Assembly: GCA_016784605.1 (NCBI GenBank)
Contig: JADHUI010000006.1
Span: 2,476-66,475, forward strand
DNA: 64,000 nucleotides
Direction of reading: 5' to 3'
Source of the DNA: Fidelibacterota bacterium
Lineage (GTDB): Bacteria; Fidelibacterota; Marinisomatia; Marinisomatales; UBA1611
This document shows, in pieces, positions 36,280 through 45,999 of this stretch (its first letter is position 1; each line of letters opens with the position of its first letter). The notes under the pieces are model-generated. The model saw only the letters and a program-made list of their open reading frames with translations, was not told the origin of the DNA and searched no databases. A program made the translations under genes and the position numbers.

Positions 36280-37986
36280 CTACCGAATAATCGTCACTTT
36301 TTGATTAAAAGATTTTTCCTGTCCTGAAATGTGAATAAAATAAATGCCACTGGGCACATTTTGCCCAGATGTGTTTTTACCATACCAAAAAAATTGATCT
36401 GACATAGGTTCATCATACGCTTTTGAGAATGATTGAATCCATTGCCCTAATACATTATAAATGTCAATATGAATCGTTTGGGGTGTTATAACAAGTATAT
36501 CCATATTCATTGAACCGGATTCATTGGTTGAACGATAAAAGGGGTTAGGCGATAACTGAGAAAGACTATAGTCTTCTGAATATCCTTCCGATAAAACCAA
36601 ATCAAATGAATAGGATGATTGAGCGTCTGTACTTGCTGTTACAACTGCGGAAATCCAGTCGATCCCTAAGTCTGGATCTATATTAATGGAAACTCCATTC
36701 CGTACAACAATATCACCATTATCGAGTGAAAGGATAACATTCAAATCTAAATCTACATTTGAAAAAGACTCCCCCATAATCGTTAAGTCCATGGGGTCAT
36801 TCGTATAAATCGAAAAATATCGACTTCCATAATCATATACGGGGCTAGGATGTTCAATACTTGTTTCACCCGTGAAATAATAGGTTCCGGAATTGGATGG
36901 GTAAGAAATAGGGTAATCTGACGCTTCTTCGTATGTATAAGGTGCATCAGATTCATTGTTGGCTAAAAGTCGATTAGCGATAGCCATACTGGACAAAGCA
37001 TATTGAAAAGTGGAAGAATGTTCTTCTAGCCCATCCTGAATGGCAGCGAAATCTTTTGGATGATCTTGGCTTCCATAGGATTTGGAATGATTCCAAATAT
37101 GTCGAATCGTTTCATGTCCGCCAATATGTTCGCTGATATATTGAAAAAAGATGAATGAGCCGTAGCATCGAGAACAACCATTGGATTCATCATTAAGGGA
37201 TTTTTCTGGGCGACTAAACCATGAGTTCATGTATCGATATAAATCATTGATATGATCATAGATTTGATCTTCGGCCCAGACTGCGGTCGCTTCCATCATC
37301 CATATTTCTTCATAGCAATTATAACCAAATTGGATGGCATGATAAAATTCATGAGCAGCCGTTACTTGAATATTTTCTAATTCAGTTTTATCCTGAAACC
37401 AAGATGCATTATAGTTATTTCGGATTTCGATATAACTGGCGCAGGCATTTTCATCCGTTGCACCCGATGTTGTATAAGCTAATCCATAATATTGCGAGGG
37501 AAGATTAGACACATAAATATCATATTTAGACGACCCACCTTGTAAGCCGTCAGTGGGCGGTGCATCATAATTCATGGAATCCACTTCTACGGACCATACA
37601 TATTCAAATACATCTGCCACTTGATTGATATAATCTGGAATGCCATCAAAATCTATGTCTTCGGCTAATACAGCATGAGACCCACTTAAATCATAATGTA
37701 TTGCAAAATGGTTTGTTTCATAAATAAGATTTAAAGAATCATTTCTTAAATGAGATACATGGTTTGATTTAAATCGAAAACCTAATTTATTTAAATCTTG
37801 TTGAGTTTTTTCTGATAAATGATTTCCGTTACGTAGAATACCCAAAATGTGTGGTGTCCCATCAGCGGGTCCATGTTCCATCGTTTTAAATCCGAGCAGA
37901 TAATCGGCGGATATGTTTACCAGTGGCTGGTTAGCGTAAAGGGGCAGGACAAGAATTAAGCCCAAGCCAAATAGTAAATATTTCAA
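36280..37986 (-). CDS. Secreted zinc metalloprotease (MXAN_6640-like) with CTD
   Basis: F.IHY, D.DGIPDY, YDIY, TAAHEFYHAIQFGY, WMMEATAVWAED; C-terminal SPNPF..IYNVLGQ..W.G..PSGIYF..KVTIIR. Confidence 0.8.
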   Translation of the reverse strand: MKYLLFGLGLILVLPLYANQPLVNISADYLLGFKTMEHGPADGTPHILGILRNGNHLSEKTQQDLNKLGFRFKSNHVSHLRNDSLNLIYETNHFAIHYDLSGSHAVLAEDIDFDGIPDYINQVADVFEYVWSVEVDSMNYDAPPTDGLQGGSSKYDIYVSNLPSQYYGLAYTTSGATDENACASYIEIRNNYNASWFQDKTELENIQVTAAHEFYHAIQFGYNCYEEIWMMEATAVWAEDQIYDHINDLYRYMNSWFSRPEKSLNDESNGCSRCYGSFIFFQYISEHIGGHETIRHIWNHSKSYGSQDHPKDFAAIQDGLEEHSSTFQYALSSMAIANRLLANNESDAPYTYEEASDYPISYPSNSGTYYFTGETSIEHPSPVYDYGSRYFSIYTNDPMDLTIMGESFSNVDLDLNVILSLDNGDIVVRNGVSINIDPDLGIDWISAVVTASTDAQSSYSFDLVLSEGYSEDYSLSQLSPNPFYRSTNESGSMNMDILVITPQTIHIDIYNVLGQWIQSFSKAYDEPMSDQFFWYGKNTSGQNVPSGIYFIHISGQEKSFNQKVTIIR

Positions 37987-37994
37987 AGGAATGT

Positions 37995-38087
37995 TTATTT
38001 TTTTCGTTTAAAAAATCGATAATACAATCCCATGAGAACAAGTCCAAATGCGTAAAAAAGGGCAAAATAGAAAAAATATTCTGACAT
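37995..38087 (-). CDS. 30-aa single-TM small protein (not in the ORF track)
   Basis: Hand translation MSEYFFYFALFYAFGLVLMGLYYRFFKRKK*; AAGGT upstream; fills the gap between two minus-strand genes. Confidence 0.55.
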   Translation of the reverse strand: MSEYFFYFALFYAFGLVLMGLYYRFFKRKK

Positions 38088-38121
38088 GAATTTGTAACCT
38101 TAAGTATGAAGTGTTTTTTTA

Positions 38122-38772
38122 CTAAAATATCTTATCTAGAATATACGTCGTTATAAGAATGATTACGCCTGTGGATAATTCATTATTTTGGGATTCGGGA
38201 TCTTTCTCTTGTTGAACCAATCCAGATACCGTCAATGTTGTCCCTAAAAAATAGCCAATTGTTTTAACTCGTTTCCAAGAAAAGGACATTTCTGGTTCTT
38301 CTGGTGGAGTCTGAATAACAATATCCTTTCTTGTACCAAATTTTTTATCGGGAGGTCTTTTTTTATCTGCTAGGAAAGGCACTCTTTCAACAGGGTAGCG
38401 CAATGAAACAAGGATTTCCGGTGGAGAATCAGATAAATAAAATTCATATTGATCAACGTTTTTTGCCAGTTTAATGCCAATTTGTGAAGATTCGTCCATT
38501 GTGATTGTTTGGAAATCTCGTACTGGGTATTTGAATGCCGTTTTTGCTAATCGGTCAGAATCGGCCACGGCATCGTATAATGTGACATAAAACCATCCAT
38601 TAATTGCATTCCATCCTGTAATATTATCCTGCGGGATAGATTGATCTAAACGAATGGTCATAACGAGCCCATTTTCTCTCGTTTCAATCCCAACAGAACG
38701 GACTTCTGCTTGAGCAACCAATAAATGGGTGAGTCCAAGCCATAAAACGTACTTTAAAAAGGGATAATTCAT
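38122..38772 (-). CDS. Exported hypothetical protein, AMIN-like N-domain with hydrophobic C-terminal helices
   Basis: Signal peptide; beta-sandwich pattern VRSV....GLVMTI..FYVTLYDA..VRD....SQIGI.L..ILVSL. Confidence 0.45.
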   Translation of the reverse strand: MNYPFLKYVLWLGLTHLLVAQAEVRSVGIETRENGLVMTIRLDQSIPQDNITGWNAINGWFYVTLYDAVADSDRLAKTAFKYPVRDFQTITMDESSQIGIKLAKNVDQYEFYLSDSPPEILVSLRYPVERVPFLADKKRPPDKKFGTRKDIVIQTPPEEPEMSFSWKRVKTIGYFLGTTLTVSGLVQQEKDPESQNNELSTGVIILITTYILDKIF

Positions 38773-38888
38773 CTTAGAAAATTAATACACTAATCGTTAA
38801 AAATAGTTTCTTATAAAATTAAGGTTAAACGAATATGGAATAATAACTATTTTTTTAAAATGTCATTGCGATCCAAAAATGAAAGCAT

Positions 38889-38919
38889 TTGTCGTCACAT
38901 CTAATGATGATGTAATTTC
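38889..38919 (+). promoter_or_regulatory. Putative sigma70-type promoter of yebC
   Basis: TTGTCG-18 nt-TAATTT; same arrangement upstream of ffh and yicC. Confidence 0.45.
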
Positions 38920-38943
38920 AGCGTTCAAAATATAAGGAAATTT

Positions 38944-39687
38944 ATGGCAGGACATAGTAAGTGGGCCAATATTAAACACCGTAAAGGTGCCCAAGATGCA
39001 AAACGTGGAAAAATTTTCACAAAAATAATTAAAGAAATTACAGTAGCTGCTCGAATGGGAGGCGGCGATCCAGGCTCGAACCCACGTTTACGTAAAGCTG
39101 TTTCTAATGGCCGTGCCAATAATTTACCTGTTGATAATATTAAGCGTGCAATTCAAAAAGGAACAGGTGAATTGCCAGGTGTGTCCTATGAAGAAGCAAC
39201 ATATGAAGGTTATGGTCCGGGAGGTGTTGCAATCATGATGGAAATTATCACCGATAACAAAAATCGTACTGTAGCTGAGATTCGCCACCTTATGAGTAAG
39301 AATAATGGAAATTTAGGCGAAAATGGAAGTGTTGCATGGATGTTCGATCGTAAAGGTCAAATTATTATGGATGCATCCGTTGGAGAAGAAGATGCGGTTT
39401 TTGAAGATGCTCTCGAAGCAGGGGCAGATGATTTTGAATCCGAAGATGGTTTATACACTGTGGTAACGGAACCAACAAACCTTATGGATGTTCGAGATAG
39501 GCTAGAAGCAAAAGGCTATGAAATTAAGAGTGCCGAATTGGATCTCATTCCCAAAAATCTACAAAAAGTTGAAACGAACGATGTGCCAAAAATATTGAAA
39601 TTAATGGAAGCATTGGATGATAATGATGATATTAGTCATGTATATGCCAATTTTGATATTGATGAATCAGATATGCCGCAGGAATAA
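38944..39687 (+). CDS. yebC: YebC/PmpR family protein
   Basis: MAGHSKWANIKHRK, YEGYGPGG, TDNKNRT. Confidence 0.97.
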   Translation: MAGHSKWANIKHRKGAQDAKRGKIFTKIIKEITVAARMGGGDPGSNPRLRKAVSNGRANNLPVDNIKRAIQKGTGELPGVSYEEATYEGYGPGGVAIMMEIITDNKNRTVAEIRHLMSKNNGNLGENGSVAWMFDRKGQIIMDASVGEEDAVFEDALEAGADDFESEDGLYTVVTEPTNLMDVRDRLEAKGYEIKSAELDLIPKNLQKVETNDVPKILKLMEALDDNDDISHVYANFDIDESDMPQE

Positions 39688-39689
39688 AT

Positions 39690-40175
39690 GTGGTTCGAGT
39701 GATAGGGATTGATCCGGGAATTGGGGTTACAGGGTTTGGCATTGTTGATGGACAAAATGGAAAAACACGATTACATAGTTATGGCACCATTACACCTCCC
39801 AAAAAAGATTCAATTCACATACGATTAAAATATTTATACAATGAAGTTCAAAAATTGATAAAAACGTATCAACCATCTATTATGGCTATTGAAGATTCCT
39901 TTTATAGCAAAAATGTGAAGTCAGCTTTAACATTAGGCCAAGCCCGTGGCGCACTTATGTTAGCAGCCGCTAATGAAGGATTAGATGTAAAGCAATATGC
40001 ACCTAGAAAAGTAAAACAATCGATTACGGGAAATGGTGCTGCAACAAAGGAGCAAATTCAATTTATGGTTACTCAAATTTTAAAATTAAAAACGCCTCCT
40101 AAACCATTAGATATAACCGATGCTATTGCCGTAGCTCTCACCTATTATAACCAAGCCAAATTTGAAACATTATGA
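39690..40175 (+). CDS. ruvC: Holliday junction resolvase RuvC
   Basis: GIDPG, AIED, LGQARG, VKQSITGNGAATKEQ, D.TDAIA. Confidence 0.96.
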   Translation: MVRVIGIDPGIGVTGFGIVDGQNGKTRLHSYGTITPPKKDSIHIRLKYLYNEVQKLIKTYQPSIMAIEDSFYSKNVKSALTLGQARGALMLAAANEGLDVKQYAPRKVKQSITGNGAATKEQIQFMVTQILKLKTPPKPLDITDAIAVALTYYNQAKFETL

Positions 40176-40771
40176 TTGAAACTCTAACGGGCATTATTCA
40201 GAAAAAAACGCCACACTACATAGTTGTCAATGTTGGCGGTATTGGACTTAAATGTGTATGTAGTATTACCACGATGCAATCCATTCCAAAAGAAGGTGAA
40301 AAAGCAACGCTATCAACTTATTTGCACGTTAGAGAAGATATTTTAGATTTATACGGATTCAGTCATGAAGAAGAAAGAAAAGCTTTTTTACTTTTAATCG
40401 GTATTAGTGGTATTGGGCCAAAATTGGCCATTACAATATTATCGGGCATAAATACAGAAAGTTTAAAAAATAAAATTGTCGCAGGAGATGTAAGTGCTTT
40501 AACGGCTATTTCAGGTGTGGGACCCAAAACGGCCAAAAGAATTATTATTGAATTAAAAGAAAAATTTATCAAAATGGATATTGATTCATTGGGTTTTGAT
40601 GAATCTGGTGAGTTGGAATCAAGACTTGTAAGGGATGCAGTTCAAGCGCTTGTGTCTTTAGGATATAAGCAACAAATAGCAAGCCAAATTCTAAGGCAAA
40701 TGGAAAAGGACGGGAAGACTGAGGGGGATTTAGCAACAGTGATAAAACAAGCATTAGCCAAAATAGGATAA
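40172..40771 (+). CDS. ruvA: Holliday junction branch migration protein RuvA
   Basis: VREDILDLYGF, ISGIGPKLA, GVGPKTAKRIIIEL, ALVSLGY. Confidence 0.96.
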   Translation: MIETLTGIIQKKTPHYIVVNVGGIGLKCVCSITTMQSIPKEGEKATLSTYLHVREDILDLYGFSHEEERKAFLLLIGISGIGPKLAITILSGINTESLKNKIVAGDVSALTAISGVGPKTAKRIIIELKEKFIKMDIDSLGFDESGELESRLVRDAVQALVSLGYKQQIASQILRQMEKDGKTEGDLATVIKQALAKIG

Positions 40772-40774
40772 AAA

Positions 40775-41974
40775 ATGAAATTAGCAAACAGATTAGAACA
40801 ACTCGGAACTGAAACAGCTTTTGCCGTTTCTTTATTAGCAAAATCTTGGTCAGAAAAAGGGCACAGAGTTTATCCCTTTCATCTGGGAGATATGAATTTG
40901 CCCACACCGGAAAATATTATAGAAGCTACCATCAAAGCCATTCGAAATGGTCATACAGGATATGCTCCGGCACAAGGTATCATGCCATTAAGAGAAGCAT
41001 TAGCCCACAACATTGGTTCTATGCGTGGCGTAGAATATACACCTGAAAACGTGGCTGTACAACCTGGCGGAAAACCAACAGTATGGAAATTTATAGCTGT
41101 AGTTATGAATCCAGGTGACGAAGTATTATACCCTAACCCTGGATATCCAATCTATGAATCGCAAATTGAATTCCAAGGCGGAGTTGCTGTTCCTTATGGA
41201 TATACAGAAACAACATCGGGATTTGCCATTGACCTAGAAAAATTAGAAGCATCCATTACACCCAAGACAAAGGCGATTATTTATAATAACTATCAAAATC
41301 CCATTAGTGCAGCGTCATCAAAGGAAGAAATGGAAGCCATTGCCGCTTTAGCCATAAAGCATAATCTTTGGGTTATGGCGGACGATGCCTATTTTGAAAT
41401 TCGGTATTCTGACTCGGACCCATTATCGATTGTTTCAATTCCTGGCATGAAAGAACGAACCGTAATTTTGTATACATTTTCTAAAAAATATGCGATGACA
41501 GGTTGGCGCCTAGGTGCAACGATTGGTCCAAAACATTTTATTGATATGGTGGCAAAACTCAATGTAAATGATGAATCGTGTTCAAACCATTTTATCCAAC
41601 ACGCCATGGTGGAAGGTCTCGTTGGAGACCAATCGGGGTTTCAAGCTATATTGGCAGAATTAAAACGTCGTAGAAATGCTGCAGTTAGTGCATTAAATGA
41701 AATAAATGGCATTTCAATCCCGACACCTGAGAGCACATTCTATTTGTTTCCAAATATATCGGAAATAATGGATCGAAAAGGATTTACAAATGTAGGCCAA
41801 CTACAAGAGGGATCATTAGAGAATACAGGTGTATCTTTTTGTACGAGAAACCATTTTGGACGTCCCATTGATGGTGAAAAAGATTGCTTTATACGATTTG
41901 CTTATTCGGGTATTTCAGTTGAAGACATTCAAGAAGGTTTAGCCTTATTAAAGACCTATTTTGAACAATCATGA
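40775..41974 (+). CDS. PLP-dependent aminotransferase, class I/II
   Basis: GY...QG...LRE, PNPGYPIY, NNYQNP, DDAY, FSKKYAMTGWRLG, IRFAY. Confidence 0.9.
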   Translation: MKLANRLEQLGTETAFAVSLLAKSWSEKGHRVYPFHLGDMNLPTPENIIEATIKAIRNGHTGYAPAQGIMPLREALAHNIGSMRGVEYTPENVAVQPGGKPTVWKFIAVVMNPGDEVLYPNPGYPIYESQIEFQGGVAVPYGYTETTSGFAIDLEKLEASITPKTKAIIYNNYQNPISAASSKEEMEAIAALAIKHNLWVMADDAYFEIRYSDSDPLSIVSIPGMKERTVILYTFSKKYAMTGWRLGATIGPKHFIDMVAKLNVNDESCSNHFIQHAMVEGLVGDQSGFQAILAELKRRRNAAVSALNEINGISIPTPESTFYLFPNISEIMDRKGFTNVGQLQEGSLENTGVSFCTRNHFGRPIDGEKDCFIRFAYSGISVEDIQEGLALLKTYFEQS

Positions 41975-43067
41975 ATTAAAAATATCCCCCATCCACAAAC
42001 GCCATTTAGCCTTGGACGCAAAGATGGTTTCATTTGCCGGATATTCAATGCCAATTCAATATGAAGGCATCGTTAGTGAACATGAATCTGTAAGAAATAC
42101 TGCTGGACTTTTTGATGTAAGTCATATGGGCGAAATAAGTATTTCCGGATCAGAAGCAGAATCCTTTTTAAATAAACTAACGATTAATGATGTATCTAAT
42201 CTTGAAATTGGTCAAGCGCAATATACAGCAATGTGTAACGAAAATGGCGGCATTATTGACGATGTGATTCTCTATAAATATAATAATTATTATTTGATGG
42301 TAACGAATGCGGCGAATCATGAAAAAGATTTAGAATGGCTCAAATTGCATCAATACAAAAATGTACATATAAGAGATATAAGCCAATCTTTAGGATTAAT
42401 AGCAATTCAAGGTCCCAAATCGCGTGAAATATTGCAACAATGTACTTTTGCCGATTTAAACCAAATTTCTTTTTATCATTTTATTGAAGCCGAAATTTCT
42501 GGAGCAAGCGGAACGATTTCTCGTACAGGATACACAGGGGAACTCGGGTTTGAATTGTATTTTGATTCAGATAGTATTGGAACTATTTGGGATAATATTA
42601 TGAATGTGGGTTCATCCATGGGACTTAAACCCGTTGGTCTTGGCGCGCGAGATACGCTGCGAATGGAAATGAAATATTGTTTATATGGAAATGATATTAA
42701 TGAAAATACGAATCCTTTTGAAGCGGGGCTTGGGTGGATAACTAAAATGAATAAAAATTCATCATTTATAGGTCAACCTGCATTAATTGAAATAAAACCA
42801 AAATTATCTAGGCGATTCGTTTCATTCGAGATGACAGAACGTGCAATACCTCGCACAGAAAATATAATTTATTGTAATGATGAACAAATAGGCATAGTGA
42901 CCAGTGGCACCCAGTCCCCATCATTAAAGAAGGGAATTGGGCTTGGTTATATCGATAAACCATTTGATAAAAAGGGACAAGTTATTGAAATCGATATCCG
43001 AGGTAAGCGAAAAGAAGCTATTATTGTAAAACCACCTTTTTACAAAAATGGATCTAACTTGAATTAA
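41961..43067 (+). CDS. gcvT: Glycine cleavage system aminomethyltransferase T
   Basis: FAGYSMP, FDVSHMG, IAIQGP, SRTGYTGELGFE, GLGARDTLRME, VTSGT.SP. Confidence 0.95.
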   Translation: MNNHELKISPIHKRHLALDAKMVSFAGYSMPIQYEGIVSEHESVRNTAGLFDVSHMGEISISGSEAESFLNKLTINDVSNLEIGQAQYTAMCNENGGIIDDVILYKYNNYYLMVTNAANHEKDLEWLKLHQYKNVHIRDISQSLGLIAIQGPKSREILQQCTFADLNQISFYHFIEAEISGASGTISRTGYTGELGFELYFDSDSIGTIWDNIMNVGSSMGLKPVGLGARDTLRMEMKYCLYGNDINENTNPFEAGLGWITKMNKNSSFIGQPALIEIKPKLSRRFVSFEMTERAIPRTENIIYCNDEQIGIVTSGTQSPSLKKGIGLGYIDKPFDKKGQVIEIDIRGKRKEAIIVKPPFYKNGSNLN

Positions 43068-43129
43068 CAATTTGGCGTAAACGGCCATTCGTTTGACAAT
43101 AAACCTTGTTTTTTAATCAAAATTAAAAT

Positions 43130-43159
43130 TTGTCTTATGAAAAAGAGCCGTGTAATTTC
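43130..43159 (+). promoter_or_regulatory. Putative sigma70-type promoter of the ffh operon
   Basis: TTGTCT-17 nt-TAATTT; shares ATTTGTC and TGTAATTTC with the yebC upstream region. Confidence 0.45.
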
Positions 43160-43185
43160 CAAGGCTCTAAACCTATTGAAAAACT

Positions 43186-44517
43186 ATGTTTGACCAAATA
43201 ACAGATAAATTCGATTCCGTTTTCCGAAATCTTCGTGGACTAGGAAAAATAACAGATCGAAATATAAACGAAACTACGCGAGAAGTACGCCGTGTCCTAT
43301 TGGATGCAGACGTTAATTTTCGTGTTGCCCGTGATTTTATCAAAAGAGTACAGGAACGTGCTCAGGGAACTAAAGTTACAAAATCTGTAAAACCAGGTCA
43401 GCAGTTTATAAAAATTATCCATGATGAAATGGTCCAGCTATTGGGTGGGTCTGCTCAAAAATTAGAATTAAATCAAAGTCCATCTGTTATTCTGATGGCA
43501 GGTTTGCAGGGGTCTGGTAAAACAACATCATCTGCGAAATTAGGTTCATTATTAAAGAAGCAAGGTAAGACTGTTTTATTAGTCGCGGCAGATGTTTATC
43601 GTCCTGCAGCGATTGACCAATTGAAAAAAATGGGAGAAAAAGCAAATTTACCTGTCTATGATGAAGGAGCTGGAAATCCAATATCTATTTGTAAAAATGC
43701 GATTTCACACGCGAAGTCAAATGAGATAGATGTGGTAATCTTGGATACAGCTGGTCGGTTGCATATCGATGGTGAAATGATGATGGAAATTCAAGCCATT
43801 GCTGAAGATTCAACACCCGATGAGATTTTATTTGTTGCGGATGGCATGACTGGCCAAGATGCTGTTAATTCAGCGAAAATATTTAATGAAGCATTATCCT
43901 TGTCTGGTGTAATATTAACCAAGATGGATGGTGATGCGCGAGGTGGAGCTGCAGTATCCATTCGGGAAGTCACAGGTAAACCTATTAAATACATCGGTAT
44001 ATCTGAAAAATTAGATGGACTACAGCTTTTTGAACCTAAACGAATTGCCGATCGTATTTTAGGATTTGGCGATGTTGTGACTCTTGTGGAAAAAGCACAA
44101 ACAATTGTGAATGAAAAAGATGCAGAAGCTCTTCGAAAGAAGATGATTAAAAACACTTTTGATTTAGAAGATTTTCGCAATCAAATGCAACAATTGAAGA
44201 AAATGGGTTCTATGAAGCAATTGATGGGTATGATGCCTGGTGTCAATCGAAAAATGTTAAAAGGAATGAATTTAGACGATAAGCAAATGGATTGGACTGA
44301 GGCGATCATCAACTCAATGACTCTTTTTGAAAGATCAAACCCGAAAATGATTAATGGCAGTCGTCGGATGCGAATAAGTAAAGGATCTGGACGACCGGTT
44401 CATGAAATTAATGCACTTATAAAACAATTCACAGAAATGCAGAAAATGATGAAAAAATTTGGTAATATGAAATCACCAAAATTCCCAGGAATGGGATCTT
44501 TTGTAGGAATTAACTAA
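43186..44517 (+). CDS. ffh: Signal recognition particle protein
   Basis: GLQGSGKTT, DTAGR, TKMDGDARGG, Met-rich M domain with SRRMRI. Confidence 0.97.
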   Translation: MFDQITDKFDSVFRNLRGLGKITDRNINETTREVRRVLLDADVNFRVARDFIKRVQERAQGTKVTKSVKPGQQFIKIIHDEMVQLLGGSAQKLELNQSPSVILMAGLQGSGKTTSSAKLGSLLKKQGKTVLLVAADVYRPAAIDQLKKMGEKANLPVYDEGAGNPISICKNAISHAKSNEIDVVILDTAGRLHIDGEMMMEIQAIAEDSTPDEILFVADGMTGQDAVNSAKIFNEALSLSGVILTKMDGDARGGAAVSIREVTGKPIKYIGISEKLDGLQLFEPKRIADRILGFGDVVTLVEKAQTIVNEKDAEALRKKMIKNTFDLEDFRNQMQQLKKMGSMKQLMGMMPGVNRKMLKGMNLDDKQMDWTEAIINSMTLFERSNPKMINGSRRMRISKGSGRPVHEINALIKQFTEMQKMMKKFGNMKSPKFPGMGSFVGIN

Positions 44518-44528
44518 GGAGAAACGCG

Positions 44529-45203
44529 TTGGCGACTAAAATTAGATTTAAACGTATTGGAAGACGAAACAGACCATTCTACAGAATGGTTGCTATTGAT
44601 TCTCGGAAACGGCGAGATGGAGCAGCTATAGAAGAATTAGGATGGCTTAACCCGATTGATAAAGAAAAATCATATTCTTTAAAGGAAGATCGAATCCTTT
44701 ATTGGCTTGGTGAAGGTGCTACACCATCCGATGCTGCTCATGCATTATTGAAAAGAGCTGGTATTGCTTATAAGTGGCATTTGATTAGCCAGGGTTTAGA
44801 TACAGCAACCATTCAAAAAGAAATGATGAAATGGTCAATGAATCGTGAAGATATTATTAAAAGCAAAAATGAACGTGCAGAAAAGAAGGCAGAAGAAAAG
44901 TTAGCTGCTGTAGCACCTGCTGAAGAAGAAGCACCTGCCGAAGAAGAAGCACCTGCTGAAGAAGAAGCACCTGCTGAAGAAGAAGCACCTGCTGAAGAAG
45001 TAGCACCCGCTGAAGAAGAAGCACCTGCCGAAGAAGTAGCACCTGCTGAAGAAGAAGCGCCAGCTGAAGAAGAAGCACCTGCCGAAGAAGAAGCACCTGC
45101 TGAAGAAGAAGCACCTGCCGAAGAAGAAGCACCCGCTGAAGAAGAAGCGCATGCTGAAGACGAAGTACCAGCGGAAGAAAAAGCATCAGCGGAAGAAGAA
45201 TAA
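44529..45203 (+). CDS. rpsP: 30S ribosomal protein S16 with acidic repeat tail
   Basis: KIRFKRIGRRNRPFYRMVAIDSR.RRDG, YWLGEGATPSD; TTG start with SD AAGGAG. Confidence 0.95.
   Translation: MATKIRFKRIGRRNRPFYRMVAIDSRKRRDGAAIEELGWLNPIDKEKSYSLKEDRILYWLGEGATPSDAAHALLKRAGIAYKWHLISQGLDTATIQKEMMKWSMNREDIIKSKNERAEKKAEEKLAAVAPAEEEAPAEEEAPAEEEAPAEEEAPAEEVAPAEEEAPAEEVAPAEEEAPAEEEAPAEEEAPAEEEAPAEEEAPAEEEAHAEDEVPAEEKASAEEE
44913..45200 (+). repeat. Coding tandem repeat, 16 x 18 bp (APAEEE)
   Basis: GCACCTGCTGAAGAAGAA units with synonymous variants; 288 bp; the last three units are degenerate. Confidence 0.95.
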
Positions 45204-45254
45204 ACTGGAAATTTATCTAGTTTAGATTGAATGTTTAGCTGATTGGAGGAAGCC

Positions 45255-45488
45255 ATGCAGGAATTCATTGAAAATGCAGTAAAACTATTAGTAGATAAAC
45301 CGGATGAAGTTCAGGTGAATGTTGTAGAGACTGAGCAACGGATTATATATGAATTGACAGTTGGCGAAGGCGACTTTGGAATGGTCATTGGAAAACAAGG
45401 TAGAAATATTTCTGCAATACGCACAATTGTATTCGCTATCAATGCCAAAGAAGGTGGTAAAAGAGCTCGACTGGATATTATAGACTAA
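45255..45488 (+). CDS. khpA: KH-domain RNA-binding protein
   Basis: LVDKPDEV, GMVIGKQGR; between rpsP and rimM; ATG 45255 follows GGAGG. Confidence 0.9.
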   Translation: MQEFIENAVKLLVDKPDEVQVNVVETEQRIIYELTVGEGDFGMVIGKQGRNISAIRTIVFAINAKEGGKRARLDIID

Positions 45489-45498
45489 ATATTTTTAT

Positions 45499-45999
45499 AT
45501 GTCACGAATTCACCCCATAGCAAAAATCACAACCACTTCAGGGTTAAAAGGAGAAGTTCGGCTACGTCCGCTTTCTCGTTACTTTGAAGAATATGTGAAA
45601 GATAAATCGTTAATGATTGGTTTCTCACCCGATACATCTACAGACTTGTTGGTTGAAAAAACCATTGGTTCGGGTAAAAAAGTTCGTTTCAAATTTGAAG
45701 GGATTAATTCAATTGATGAAGCTGAGAGGCTTATTGGTCAAACAATTTTTGTTGAAGCATCTGATTTTGATGCTATTAATATGATTTCAATTGAATTGAT
45801 TGGTTCTTCGGTCATTACGGATGAAGGTAAAATGGTTGGTGTTCTTCAAGATGTTATTTGGTTGCCAAATAACGATGTATATGTGATTAATGATGGCGAT
45901 AAGGAAAGATTAATTCCTGTCATTCCTGAAGTGGTGAAAGGGATTGACTATGAAGATAAAATTATTTTAATCACACCTATGGACGGTTTACTCGATTGA
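45499..45999 (+). CDS. rimM: Ribosome maturation factor RimM
   Basis: GLKGEV, KFEGIN, NDVYVI, LIP, PMDGLLD; synteny. Confidence 0.93.
   Translation: MSRIHPIAKITTTSGLKGEVRLRPLSRYFEEYVKDKSLMIGFSPDTSTDLLVEKTIGSGKKVRFKFEGINSIDEAERLIGQTIFVEASDFDAINMISIELIGSSVITDEGKMVGVLQDVIWLPNNDVYVINDGDKERLIPVIPEVVKGIDYEDKIILITPMDGLLD

Noticed and set aside
44813-45268. Three antisense ORFs over the rpsP tail, and the repeat as a CRISPR array
   Set aside because: Shadows of a stop-free coding repeat; units are contiguous with no spacers and no cas genes
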